From: a virus
Length of the DNA stretch: 64,000 nt
Virus record (IMG/VR): IMGVR_UViG_3300037189_005453
Location: 15,517 to 79,516 of that record
Strand: one strand, 5' to 3'
Numbering within the stretch: position 1 is the stretch's first letter; each line of letters starts with the position of its first letter. Below are positions 45,038 to 54,006 of this stretch, in pieces. Made by a program: the position numbers and the translations under genes. Below the pieces are notes generated by a model. That model was not told the origin of the DNA, ran no database searches, and saw only the letters and a program-made list of their open reading frames with translations.

Positions 45038-47011
45038 TTATTCAGCGGTCTTTTGGCTGAGGTTAATGACCACAAACTCAGCAGGGTACTCGAGAGCCAC
45101 ACCGATTTCGACGTGAACCTCTCCTGCAGCGATTGAGGCGGCGGTGTTGTTCTCGCTGTCACACTTAATGTAGTATGACTGCTCGATTGTAGTTCCACGC
45201 AAACCACCCTGGTTACGGTAGTCATTAAGGAACGTACCCAGGTTGGTGATGAGCCGAGCCCACAGCTTTTCGTCGTTGTTCTCAAAAACAGCAAACGAAG
45301 CGAGGTCGTTGAGGCGCTTCTCCAGGTAGGTAAGAGAACGACGCATGTTGATGTAGCGGTTAGCTGAACCATCCTGAAGGAGAGTACGAGCACCCATAAC
45401 AACAACGCCTGCACCAGGAACGTTACGAATAGCGTTTACAACGGTTGGTGATGTTGTAGTTCCTGTTGTCTTGTAACCCGAGTTAAGAGCGTCAAGTTCA
45501 ATAGAAGTGAACGCGCGCTCAATAGCGAGGGCATCAGCGACCTTTGCGTCAATACCTGCTGGGGACTTAAACGGACCAATGCGAGTGTCTGTTGCAAGGT
45601 AGATACCAACAACTGCACCTGAAGGTCCGATGTTTCGAACAGAGTTACCTGAACGGCCCAGCGGATCCTTGATGTAGATGTGCGGGTAGTAGACTGCTGC
45701 ACGGCTTGACTTCGTGGTGATTGCCGCCGCAGCATCAATTGCCCCGTTAACATCGAGTCCCGCATCCGTCTCAATTACTGCGAAGTGACGTCCAAGAGTC
45801 TTTGGAGCCTCGACCCACGATACAAGTGCGTTAAACACGTACTTTGCAAGTCCCCAACCACCAAGCACTGCCGTGTTGGGGTCTGATGTAGAGGAGATCT
45901 TTCCAATAACATCAGGAAGGAAGAAGATAAGCGGACGGTCAACCACCTCAAACTCAGTAAACACGGTGCAGTTATCTACAACAAACGAACCTGTTGAGGT
46001 GAACGGGTTGTAAACTGTGTCGCCTGTGTAGTCTGCGTAGGTAAGCGGAACCTGAGGATCAGCTGCACCAGAAAGTGCATACGTTACATCAACACTGGGT
46101 GTCGAGCCGTTAGATCCAACAGAGTACGTCACTACTGGGCTAACTGTTGTTCCGTCTGTGTTGTACTCAGTCACAGCTCCAGAAAGGACACGGACGTATG
46201 CCGAGCCGAATTCCAGAACGTTAACAATGTAGTCGCCAGAAAGCGGGTCATTGAAAACAACGCCGTTAAACTGCTCAACCAGGATGTCATCCCCACCATT
46301 TGCAGTAACTACGTTATTAACAATGGTGTCAGCAGTTCCCTTTTCGTAAAACACTGACAGGTCGTAGTAACCATCCGTGGCCACGGAACGGGACTTGGTA
46401 AGACGAATACGAACAGCATTTCCGTCAATTCCACGGTGCTTAGCGGCAAATGTAGCATAAGCAGGAACAAAGCTGACACTCATTGCTCCAGCACTAACGG
46501 GAACATCAGCAGTGTTAGCGTGTGTCAAAGCAAACGTTACAGTGTTGCTTGTGTAGCCCGTAATGGTGAACGTTCCGTTCAGGGTGCTGTCTGAAAACCC
46601 TGAAAGAGTAATGGCCTGAGTGTTAGAGGTAATGCCGTGAGTAGCGGTAGTCAGAGTAACAACGTTGCTTGTTACGCTGAACTTACTAGCAGCAAATACC
46701 GACGGAGCCGAAGGAATTGCTACCTTAGAAACTTTCTTTGCCGATGTAGGAAGGATGCGCTTTACATAAAGCTCCGTTCCTCCATTAATAAAGAATGATC
46801 CAACAGAGAATGTTGCGGGGTAGGCCTTGTTGTAACCGCCAAACTTCGAGGTGAAGTCGTACCATGAAGTAACACGGGTGACGGTGTCAGGACCCTGCGA
46901 GAAAGATGCAATAACTGCACCTGCCGCAGTTGCTGCTGCTGTGCTGTTTACTGGCGCAGCGGCAAGCGGGAGCTCATTTACATAAACTCCAGGACGATTA
47001 TAAGTCGCCAT
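45038..47011 (-). CDS. contractile tail sheath protein
   Basis: RPGVYVNE, KSPAG, GARTL, YINMRR, VFENND, PAEFV. Confidence 0.95.
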   Translation of the reverse strand: MATYNRPGVYVNELPLAAAPVNSTAAATAAGAVIASFSQGPDTVTRVTSWYDFTSKFGGYNKAYPATFSVGSFFINGGTELYVKRILPTSAKKVSKVAIPSAPSVFAASKFSVTSNVVTLTTATHGITSNTQAITLSGFSDSTLNGTFTITGYTSNTVTFALTHANTADVPVSAGAMSVSFVPAYATFAAKHRGIDGNAVRIRLTKSRSVATDGYYDLSVFYEKGTADTIVNNVVTANGGDDILVEQFNGVVFNDPLSGDYIVNVLEFGSAYVRVLSGAVTEYNTDGTTVSPVVTYSVGSNGSTPSVDVTYALSGAADPQVPLTYADYTGDTVYNPFTSTGSFVVDNCTVFTEFEVVDRPLIFFLPDVIGKISSTSDPNTAVLGGWGLAKYVFNALVSWVEAPKTLGRHFAVIETDAGLDVNGAIDAAAAITTKSSRAAVYYPHIYIKDPLGRSGNSVRNIGPSGAVVGIYLATDTRIGPFKSPAGIDAKVADALAIERAFTSIELDALNSGYKTTGTTTSPTVVNAIRNVPGAGVVVMGARTLLQDGSANRYINMRRSLTYLEKRLNDLASFAVFENNDEKLWARLITNLGTFLNDYRNQGGLRGTTIEQSYYIKCDSENNTAASIAAGEVHVEIGVALEYPAEFVVINLSQKTAE

Positions 47012-47061
47012 GTGGTGTCTCCTAACTAGGGGTTAATTGTTTCAAGAGGTTACGAATAGTG

Positions 47062-47727
47062 TTACGGAATTACGAATGAGCCGATACCGTCAAAGTTAGC
47101 CTCGCGGCCACCAGTAGGCATATCGACGTGTACTTCGAGTACCTTGTAGATTGCTCGGAACGCCGTCTGTACCATTTCCGAAGAAACACGCACAGTGAAA
47201 GCGTTGACAAACAGGCGCTTTGCCTGCTCGCTGTTGTTGTCGCGTTTTGCGACACTAATGAGATCCATACGTCGAAAGGTAGATGTGATTGTCTCAGTAC
47301 TTCCTGAGGTCACATCCTTCTCTACGATTTCTAGATACCCAAATCTTTGGAGACGCGTAGTAAGCATCTGCGATAGGATCTCGCGGTCATGACGAGGATG
47401 ACGCGAGTACGTGGTGATTTGATAGTCAATGCTGATAGGGATAGGAAGATCCACGGAAAACTCCGTTGCTCCATCAAGCCCGAAATTTGTAGGCTTAAGA
47501 TACTCTGCGTTTGTGATACCGCGCATTTCTCGCTGGGTATCCCTTTGTACATCGATCATATCGATAGTAATATAGGGATAATTTTGTGACCTAAGTTCCT
47601 GGTCAGGCTGACCGTAAAAAACACCGACTTGCCTAGCAGTGGACGATCCGTCAGCTTTTTGGTCGTGAACAACAATCCCTTGAAGTTTTTCCCTAAGGGC
47701 CTTATCCTCTGAAAGTAGAAATGCCAT
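47062..47727 (-). CDS. tail terminator / tail completion protein
   Basis: YPYITID...PISIDYQITTY; immediately upstream of sheath. Confidence 0.7.
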   Translation of the reverse strand: MAFLLSEDKALREKLQGIVVHDQKADGSSTARQVGVFYGQPDQELRSQNYPYITIDMIDVQRDTQREMRGITNAEYLKPTNFGLDGATEFSVDLPIPISIDYQITTYSRHPRHDREILSQMLTTRLQRFGYLEIVEKDVTSGSTETITSTFRRMDLISVAKRDNNSEQAKRLFVNAFTVRVSSEMVQTAFRAIYKVLEVHVDMPTGGREANFDGIGSFVIP

Positions 47728-48035
47728 TAGTCAAACAACTCCTGCAGGTAAATACCAGCAAATAGATTTGCCGTCTCCTTTTCGCTACTCAACGTCTTTC
47801 GGATCGTAGCGGTTCCCTTGCTTGTCTCTGTACCAAATTCCATATCAAACACAACTGTTCCGTGTTCTGGAGCATGAGACATCTCGAACTGTCCCGAGTT
47901 AAACTTTACGGTCAGAGAATTTGCCGCACCTTTGGGCCAGCCATCAGAAATGGCATTCTGAGAAAGCTGCTCAGAGAGTTCCTCAGCAGCTTTTTCTCCA
48001 GCCTTATTTATGGCTTCGCTAAAAATCTTTTTCAC
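47727..48035 (-). CDS. hypothetical (neck-associated) protein
   Basis: DMEFGT motif; synteny. Confidence 0.55.
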   Translation of the reverse strand: MKKIFSEAINKAGEKAAEELSEQLSQNAISDGWPKGAANSLTVKFNSGQFEMSHAPEHGTVVFDMEFGTETSKGTATIRKTLSSEKETANLFAGIYLQELFD

Positions 48036-48228
48036 GACTACGACCTGTATAGGGTTGCGGCTTCTCGAACTTGTTATTAATGTAGCCTGAGCTAAGTTGA
48101 CCCATCAGTACATTCAGGGGGAGGTTAGGTCGAAGACCATTTGCTCCCTGGGTAAACTCTTTTCGCTCCTCAAATGAAAGATAGTCATTGACTTTCTCCC
48201 ACCAGGGCATGTTCTTTGGAGAAGACAT
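48019..48228 (-). CDS. hypothetical protein
   Basis: AAGGG RBS; first gene of tail operon. Confidence 0.55.
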   Translation of the reverse strand: MSSPKNMPWWEKVNDYLSFEERKEFTQGANGLRPNLPLNVLMGQLSSGYINNKFEKPQPYTGRSREKDF

Positions 48229-48306
48229 CGCAAAATCCCTTTTACAGGTGCAGGCTACTTACGTAGATGGGGTCCGCATGGATTCCCACCCTTTAAGCAT
48301 AGGGAC

Positions 48307-48696
48307 TTATTTAGCAGCAGAAGGGCTAAACGTATTAGGCATCCAGTCTTGATTCATGGCAGTTTTATACGCGTGACAGTTAGCGCACAGTGTCATGAGA
48401 TTAGATGTGTCGTTATTAGCTTTACTTCCGTCAATGTGATCGACGTGAAGCTGTGAGGCGTGCAAAGCTACAAAGCCACACTTTTCACAATAGTCTTTTT
48501 TATGTGCACGCCAAGGGGCGCGCTTTGCGAGAGTAGATGTGCGGTGAGCTGTTTTACAGCGCCAATACTTTCCGCCGTCAGTCTTGTACTTTCCAGTATG
48601 GACAATCTTTACTAGGGTCTCGCACTTATCGCAATACGCCATGAGGAGATCTTCGTCGATCTCCGTAAGTAGATGGGGGGGTCGTCTGGTCATCAC
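48307..48696 (-). CDS. free-standing HNH endonuclease
   Basis: CEKCG...LHVDHIDG...NN...NLMTLCANCH. Confidence 0.9.
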   Translation of the reverse strand: MMTRRPPHLLTEIDEDLLMAYCDKCETLVKIVHTGKYKTDGGKYWRCKTAHRTSTLAKRAPWRAHKKDYCEKCGFVALHASQLHVDHIDGSKANNDTSNLMTLCANCHAYKTAMNQDWMPNTFSPSAAK

Positions 48697-48707
48697 TTAA
48701 AGCATAG

Positions 48708-48737
48708 CAAAAGGGCCCCTGCACAGCAAGGGCCCAA
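48708..48737 (-). terminator. intrinsic terminator after the basic-protein array
   Basis: GGGCCCTT-loop-AGGGGCCC followed by TTTTG on - strand. Confidence 0.8.
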
Positions 48738-48750
48738 ATGTTTGTGTTGG

Positions 48751-49002
48751 TTACTTCTTTCCAGCCGCCTTGATGCGCTTAGCCAGTGCATTGTCCTTCT
48801 TGGTGTCTTCCTTCTTGGTAAGGGTCTTGTCCTTATCCATCTTGGCGTCACCCTTCTTGAACTTTGCCTTCTGAGCAGGAGTCATACCCTTCATGGTTTT
48901 TGCATCCTGCTTCTTGTCGGCTGCTGAGCCGATGTACTTCTTCTTGCTGTCTGCCATGCGCTTCTTACAGTCAGCACACTTTCCACACTTACACATTGCC
49001 AT
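48751..49002 (-). CDS. small Lys-rich protein with N-terminal CKCGKCADC
   Basis: AAGGAG RBS before MAMCKCGKC. Confidence 0.7.
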   Translation of the reverse strand: MAMCKCGKCADCKKRMADSKKKYIGSAADKKQDAKTMKGMTPAQKAKFKKGDAKMDKDKTLTKKEDTKKDNALAKRIKAAGKK

Positions 49003-49042
49003 TGCTTTTCTCCTTGCCACACTTACATTGTCCATTGCACAT
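48989..49042 (-). CDS. 17-aa Cys peptide MCNGQCKCGKEKSNGNV (not in ORF track)
   Basis: TAATG coupled to upstream ORF, GGGAG RBS. Confidence 0.4.
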   Translation of the reverse strand: MCNGQCKCGKEKSNGNV

Positions 49043-49194
49043 TATTTCTTCTCCCGATATGCTTTAGCGGTAGTTTTGCTCTTCAACTTACGGTCCTTCA
49101 AGGTTTGAACTCTCGCCTTGTTGGGTTCTTTTGAAAAGCGGGTCTCTTTAGCTCCTTTAGGTTTTAGATCATCTAAAGGATTTTTTCTAGGCAT
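49042..49194 (-). CDS. 50-aa Lys/Arg-rich protein (not in ORF track)
   Basis: MPRKNPLDDLKPK...AYREKK; TAATG coupled at both ends. Confidence 0.7.
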   Translation of the reverse strand: MPRKNPLDDLKPKGAKETRFSKEPNKARVQTLKDRKLKSKTTAKAYREKK

Positions 49195-49361
49195 TACTTG
49201 CCCTTCTTGACGCCAGAAACCTTCTTCAGGTCTGGGTTCTTTTTAACTGCAGTCTTACTGGCCTTACGAGCACCAGATGCCAGGATAGCACCAGCCGCTT
49301 TCATTGAGACGCCCTGCTTCTTAGCAATCTTCTTCTGGTTAGCCTTAAAACCTTCGGTCAT
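49194..49361 (-). CDS. 55-aa Lys-rich protein (not in ORF track)
   Basis: MTEGFKANQKKIAKKQGVSMKAAGAILASGARKASK...; ATGA/TAATG overlaps. Confidence 0.75.
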   Translation of the reverse strand: MTEGFKANQKKIAKKQGVSMKAAGAILASGARKASKTAVKKNPDLKKVSGVKKGK

Positions 49362-49654
49362 TTTTTTCCTACCCTACGCTTATTCTCTTTAGCCGTATTC
49401 TTACCGTGAGCTAGAGGGCGCAGGTTTGACTTGCGGTCATCAGAGTGCTTGTTGTTCTTGTGGTCTACGTCAGTTCCTTTAGGAAGCTTACGCCCAGACT
49501 TCTGCTCGTAGTCTTCACGAGCTTTGTTCTTAGACTCAGTCTTCCATCCTGTAGCTGTTTTTACTTTCCAAACGTAGATCTCTCGCCCACCATTTTGGGC
49601 TGATCCTTTATAGGGACCAAACTTCTTTCGAGTCCCAACCTTAACTTCAGCCAT
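49358..49654 (-). CDS. basic protein with minimal HNH motif
   Basis: DVDHKNN...D..SNLR...N. Confidence 0.7.
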   Translation of the reverse strand: MAEVKVGTRKKFGPYKGSAQNGGREIYVWKVKTATGWKTESKNKAREDYEQKSGRKLPKGTDVDHKNNKHSDDRKSNLRPLAHGKNTAKENKRRVGKK

Positions 49655-49899
49655 TAGCGGTGCCTCGCAGTCTTTTTGGCAATCTTCTTAGGCTGAGCAA
49701 CAAACTGCTTTCCAGGTTTGCCGCCATCTCCTTTAGACTTTGCACGGTTAGTAGCAGCCTTTTCAGCGGGAGTCAGGTCAGCCCAAGCTTTCTTTGGGAG
49801 GTAGCGCTTTTTTCCTTTAGACGGCTTACCGTCTGAGGTAGTCCACTCTTCCTTAGTCCACTTATCCAGAGACTTCTGCGGCTTTGCTTTAGCGGTCAC
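49654..49899 (-). CDS. small Lys-rich protein (DUF5872-like part)
   Basis: QKSLDKWTKEEWTT..GK....RYLPKKAW...GKQFVAQP. Confidence 0.7.
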   Translation of the reverse strand: MTAKAKPQKSLDKWTKEEWTTSDGKPSKGKKRYLPKKAWADLTPAEKAATNRAKSKGDGGKPGKQFVAQPKKIAKKTARHR

Positions 49900-50102
49900 T
49901 TGTAGCCACCGCCAGCCTTTTTGTACTCTGATGCAAGAAGCTGTGCTTTACGGGCCGACCATTCACCTGGGTCTCCGCCCTTGGTTCCAGCTTTGATCTG
50001 CTTAAAAAGCCTTTCACGAAGAGCTGGCTTCGTGTAGTTTCCAGCCTCATTAACCCGCGACTTAGTCGCAGGCTTTTTAGCAGCAGGTTTCTTAGTAGGC
50101 AT
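49896..50102 (-). CDS. small Lys-rich protein (DUF5872-like part)
   Basis: YTKPALRE...GEWSARKAQLLA..YKKAGGGY. Confidence 0.7.
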   Translation of the reverse strand: MPTKKPAAKKPATKSRVNEAGNYTKPALRERLFKQIKAGTKGGDPGEWSARKAQLLASEYKKAGGGYK

Positions 50103-50317
50103 TACTTAATCCTCGGGTGTTCCTTATGGAACTTTTTGGTCTCTTTGACGCCTTGCTTTACGGTCTTTGCGCCAGCAAGCTTGGTCAGGTTCATGCGTTC
50201 TTTCTTACCTGACTTGCTGTTTTGCTCGACAATGATGTCGCCTTTTTTACCAGCGCCTTTGTCGACTTTCTTTTTGGTGACTGTGTGCTTTTTGCCACCA
50301 GCTGTAATGCGCGTCAT
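50102..50317 (-). CDS. small Lys-rich protein
   Basis: TAATG coupled; start MTRITAGG. Confidence 0.7.
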   Translation of the reverse strand: MTRITAGGKKHTVTKKKVDKGAGKKGDIIVEQNSKSGKKERMNLTKLAGAKTVKQGVKETKKFHKEHPRIK

Positions 50318-50607
50318 TACCACTTCACCTTGTTGGCCCAATAAGCGGCAGACATTTTACCTTTAGCAATGTTCTTTGCGTGACGAGCTTGGAATGATTC
50401 ACGACGCTTACGGTACGCCTCGGACTCGCCCTTTTTCTTAGGAGAACCCTTAACACCGTGCTGACCAAAACGAATCAGCTTGATCTGGTCACCCTCTTTT
50501 GCAACAACTACGTGAGAGTGCTTGGGGTCATTGGGCGTGGCTTTAGGCTTGTTGTACCCTGAAACACCTGCTCGAGCAAGGCGTGGGTCTTTCTTTTTCT
50601 CTGCCAT
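50317..50607 (-). CDS. small basic phage protein
   Basis: KLIRFGQ.G...RRESFQARH...SAAYWANKVKW. Confidence 0.75.
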   Translation of the reverse strand: MAEKKKDPRLARAGVSGYNKPKATPNDPKHSHVVVAKEGDQIKLIRFGQHGVKGSPKKKGESEAYRKRRESFQARHAKNIAKGKMSAAYWANKVKW

Positions 50608-50741
50608 TATTTGGTCCGTTTCTTCGGTTTCTTCTTTACTTTATCAGGAAGAGGGCCTTTTGTCTTTGCTTGGAATTCGGCCGCTAATTTGGGGTTAGTT
50701 GCCCACATCATCTTCTGTTGTGCTTTAGATTTGAACGGCAT
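50607..50741 (-). CDS. 44-aa basic protein (not in ORF track)
   Basis: MPFKSKAQQKMMWATNPKLAAEF...LPDKVKKKPKKRTK; AGGA RBS. Confidence 0.75.
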   Translation of the reverse strand: MPFKSKAQQKMMWATNPKLAAEFQAKTKGPLPDKVKKKPKKRTK

Positions 50742-50744
50742 TGG

Positions 50745-51596
50745 TTATCCTACGTTAAATACATTGATCTTTACCGCAGGGGATGCGGGCCTAGTTGGGT
50801 TAGTTCCTGCAGCGGTTGTAGCAAGGTATATGCCGTTAGGTCCAGCAGATGGGGCGACAGAGGTATACCAGTAGAATTGAATATAGTCTCCAGCAGCAAC
50901 AGTGACGATATCAGTGACATTAGCCATAATCTGAGAGCCTTGAGAACTTGTCAACGTAAAGGTAGATGACGTATTAGCGACAGCGGAAGACGACCCACTG
51001 CCGCTGCCCTTAGCCATCCAAACAGTAACATCGTAGTTGCTTCCGCCACCTGTAAACTTAAACTGCCCAAGAAAGTTTACGTAGTAATCGCCAGCATTAG
51101 CAAAAGTGATTTTAGAACCAGAAACAACAGATACACCATTAGAAGTAGTAGTACTATTTACAGTCACTAGGTTAGCGGTAGTTGTACCCCCAGAAACCTG
51201 ATTGGTACTGGTGTCTTCAAATGACCCGTTGTACAAAGGTTTAGCAGCCGTAGTCATTGTGCTGTTATCATTAAATGTAAGTGTAGTTAACTTTACGTTA
51301 GGAAATTGGGCCTTAGAAATCCCACTGATGTTGAACACACCGTTGGCAACGCCAATCGCAGAGTTAGTGTTTAGTACAGAATCGGTGATGTTTAGCGTTC
51401 CAGGACCAAGGTAAATAGACGAGAACCTTTTAGTGGAGGAACCAAGTGCAACAGCGTTATCTGTTGTAGGGAGTATGGTTGTACCTACAGAAGATAGGTC
51501 AACGTTAGTTTTATTTGCGTCGAGCCAATCAAGGGCCGTGTTTAACTTGCTACCCCAGGCGGTTTCGCCAACTGTTGGTTTATTTGGGACTGTCAT
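50745..51596 (-). CDS. fibre-like virion protein with C-terminal jelly-roll-like domain
   Basis: P..GETAWGSKLN.ALD N-terminus; Thr/Ser-rich beta C-terminus. Confidence 0.6.
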   Translation of the reverse strand: MTVPNKPTVGETAWGSKLNTALDWLDANKTNVDLSSVGTTILPTTDNAVALGSSTKRFSSIYLGPGTLNITDSVLNTNSAIGVANGVFNISGISKAQFPNVKLTTLTFNDNSTMTTAAKPLYNGSFEDTSTNQVSGGTTTANLVTVNSTTTSNGVSVVSGSKITFANAGDYYVNFLGQFKFTGGGSNYDVTVWMAKGSGSGSSSAVANTSSTFTLTSSQGSQIMANVTDIVTVAAGDYIQFYWYTSVAPSAGPNGIYLATTAAGTNPTRPASPAVKINVFNVG

Positions 51597-52199
51597 TTAC
51601 TCTCCGTAAGGGTCTGAGCCATACGCACCTGCGCCATAGCCGATTGTTCTGTTCTCCGAGATAGACGGAGAGGCTTGTTTTTGGAACTGTGGGTCATTAA
51701 TAAGCTCTTCAGGGTTAACCTGGTTGCAGTCAACAGTTACTACAGCCCAACGATAACCAAAGGATCCACGTGGAAGAACGCGCGTAGGAACAAATACTTC
51801 ACCACGGTAAACAATGCGGTCTTTGATGTGCGCGTTGGAGTCAGTAAGCAGGCCAGGAAGCATTCGCTGCACATCTCCAACATTCATTACAAGACGAAGG
51901 GTGTCAGACACATAGAAACCGCGTTCGTTCATTACGTTAGTACCACGAATAAACTGAGCCATTACCGCAGGCATTTTAAAGGGAAGCATCCAACGACGAC
52001 CTTTACCTACCTGATAGTTTGAAACATCGTAAATGTCGTCAACAACGTCAGTATAGTTTGCTGTTACGTAGTCATCGCTCCAACGCCACCAGTCTACTTC
52101 TACACCTACGGTGCCACCAAGGTCCTCGGCAATGCCCTCATACATTGACTTGGACTCATAGTCCATGTCAAATCTGCCTTGCAGTTTAGTTCCGCGCAT
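51597..52199 (-). CDS. head closure / neck protein
   Basis: DDIYD, KDRIVYRGEVF; synteny. Confidence 0.6.
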   Translation of the reverse strand: MRGTKLQGRFDMDYESKSMYEGIAEDLGGTVGVEVDWWRWSDDYVTANYTDVVDDIYDVSNYQVGKGRRWMLPFKMPAVMAQFIRGTNVMNERGFYVSDTLRLVMNVGDVQRMLPGLLTDSNAHIKDRIVYRGEVFVPTRVLPRGSFGYRWAVVTVDCNQVNPEELINDPQFQKQASPSISENRTIGYGAGAYGSDPYGE

Positions 52200-52258
52200 T
52201 AAGAAACCTTCCTTAGACTTCTATTTTCCCGCATATATAGCGGGATTACTTGCCAACC

Positions 52259-53413
52259 TTAAGCAACAGGGTGCCAGAAAGTTCCGTCCGCAGGGTTTGT
52301 GTAAGTGTTATCAAAAATTCGCATGTATGCGGGAACCCAAGCGTTATTCACGCGTACCTTAAGTGTTGATCGAGCAACTCCTCCACCTGAAATTGTCAGA
52401 GGTTTAGTCTTATCAATAACTACAAGGGGGGAGCTATTTAACACAGAGATGGTTTGGGTACTGGACGTTACAGTTCCCCACCCGTTTGTTGCGTCAATAG
52501 TAAAGGTTGATGTACCAGTGGTAGTTGGGGTTCCAGAGATTGTTCCTGAAGAAGACAGCGACAGTCCTGCTGGTAGAGACGTTCCTGAGGTAACACTGTA
52601 CGTTGTAACGTTTTTTGCTGAGACAGTATATCCATAAGGTTTTGCTACGAATCCACCAGGAATATTAAGTGGGTAATTAAAAATAGGGGGGGCGTAAGCA
52701 ATATACGGGTCTGAAGGTGTTGAGGTACCAGCGTCATTATTTGCGGTTACATTAGATATAGTCACGTTCGCAGTATCAGGAACCCCAGTTAAAACATACG
52801 GATTTGCACCAGTCCCCACACTCGCACTAGCAGCGGGGTAACCAGACCCAGCTGGGTATGACCAAAACAGGCTCCAACCTGTAGCCGCTGTTCCTCCATT
52901 TTGTGCAGTAGAGGAAAACGCAAGGCTAACCGTTGTTGGATCAGCAGTAGTTCTTGTGATGGAAACAGTGGGCTTTGTCTGTGTGCGCGGCCCCAAGTAA
53001 GTAAGCGGTAGAGACTTTGTAGTGAGCACCAGGTTTGGCGTGTAGTAAGTGGTCGTATTTGTTGCAAGTTTAGCCCTTACATACATGGTTCCATTACCCT
53101 GGGGGTCATGGTAAAAAGTGTGTGTATTGCTATACAGTGTTTGAGAAGAAGGCCAACCATTAGCTCCTAGAGCGTATTGAGAACTACTCGGGTATTGCGC
53201 ACCCGTTGGCGGTTGCCATAGTGTAGTCCAAGTGACCCCATCTCCAGAATATTGAAAAAACGCGTTTAGAGTGTACTGGTCATACCCCGATGTTGTTGAG
53301 TATGAAAACGCCACAAGCACCTGAGATGAATTAGTCGTCACATTGTGGCTAGTTTCACTGATGGTAAGGGTGCCTGTGTAGCCCTTACCATCTGACCAGG
53401 ACCATGAAGTCAT
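52259..53413 (-). CDS. virion protein with Ig-like domains
   Basis: SLPAGLSLSSSGTISGTPT..G...FTIDATN putative Ig repeat. Confidence 0.75.
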   Translation of the reverse strand: MTSWSWSDGKGYTGTLTISETSHNVTTNSSQVLVAFSYSTTSGYDQYTLNAFFQYSGDGVTWTTLWQPPTGAQYPSSSQYALGANGWPSSQTLYSNTHTFYHDPQGNGTMYVRAKLATNTTTYYTPNLVLTTKSLPLTYLGPRTQTKPTVSITRTTADPTTVSLAFSSTAQNGGTAATGWSLFWSYPAGSGYPAASASVGTGANPYVLTGVPDTANVTISNVTANNDAGTSTPSDPYIAYAPPIFNYPLNIPGGFVAKPYGYTVSAKNVTTYSVTSGTSLPAGLSLSSSGTISGTPTTTGTSTFTIDATNGWGTVTSSTQTISVLNSSPLVVIDKTKPLTISGGGVARSTLKVRVNNAWVPAYMRIFDNTYTNPADGTFWHPVA

Positions 53414-53417
53414 TTAT

Positions 53418-53909
53418 TTACCAAGCAATCCACACGTCACCGTTATTAGGCGATGACGGAGCTGAGCCACTTGGACTTACGTAAATGTTTGAGAATGAGG
53501 CTGAGGTGGTAGCCGCTGTACCGTAAACTGCTCCACCAACCACAATTGGGGCTGTTCCGTTAAACGCAGTTCCATTGATGTTTCTTGGAGTAGCAAGCGC
53601 AGTGGCTGTACCAGCAAGCCCAGAAATATTTCTAGAAATAGTTGAGGGTAGATCAAGAGTAAAGGCAGAAGATCCGTCAAAAGAACCAGAGTTGGTAAAG
53701 GCGTTGCTAATTGTCATCTGCTGTGGGGTAGCAGTTTTAATTCCAGAGTTAGCGTATCCAAGCAAGGAGTACTTCTTTACTCCATCACCGATCTTAAACG
53801 TGTAATCGTCGGTGTTGAGACCTATCTCACCCGCAGCAAGAACGCGGTTTGCGAGGTCTGCGGCACTCCAGTCGCTGGTGCTACCTCGTTTAAGCTGAAT
53901 CCTGGTCAT
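53418..53909 (-). CDS. short fibre protein with Mtd-N-like domain
   Basis: IQLKRG...W...LAAGEIG..TD...KIGDG. Confidence 0.75.
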   Translation of the reverse strand: MTRIQLKRGSTSDWSAADLANRVLAAGEIGLNTDDYTFKIGDGVKKYSLLGYANSGIKTATPQQMTISNAFTNSGSFDGSSAFTLDLPSTISRNISGLAGTATALATPRNINGTAFNGTAPIVVGGAVYGTAATTSASFSNIYVSPSGSAPSSPNNGDVWIAW

Positions 53910-53950
53910 GTCTATCCTTTAAATCTAAGGGCCCTCATAATAGTTTAGCG

Positions 53951-53986
53951 TCATTAAAGCGCAAATACCCCCGAAGTAATCTTCGA
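53951..53986 (-). terminator. hairpin terminator after lysis gene
   Basis: GCGAATGCCCTCGAAG-ATTA-CTTCGGGGGTATTTGC on - strand (G-U pairs valid on this strand); coordinates approximate. Confidence 0.65.
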
Positions 53987-54006
53987 GGGCATTCGCTCTA
54001 ATTGTG

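Noticed and set aside
5918-47057. Shared GTTACGAAT 9-mer in two intergenic regions (5918-5926, 47049-47057)
   Set aside because: Two copies of a 9-mer are not clearly above chance.
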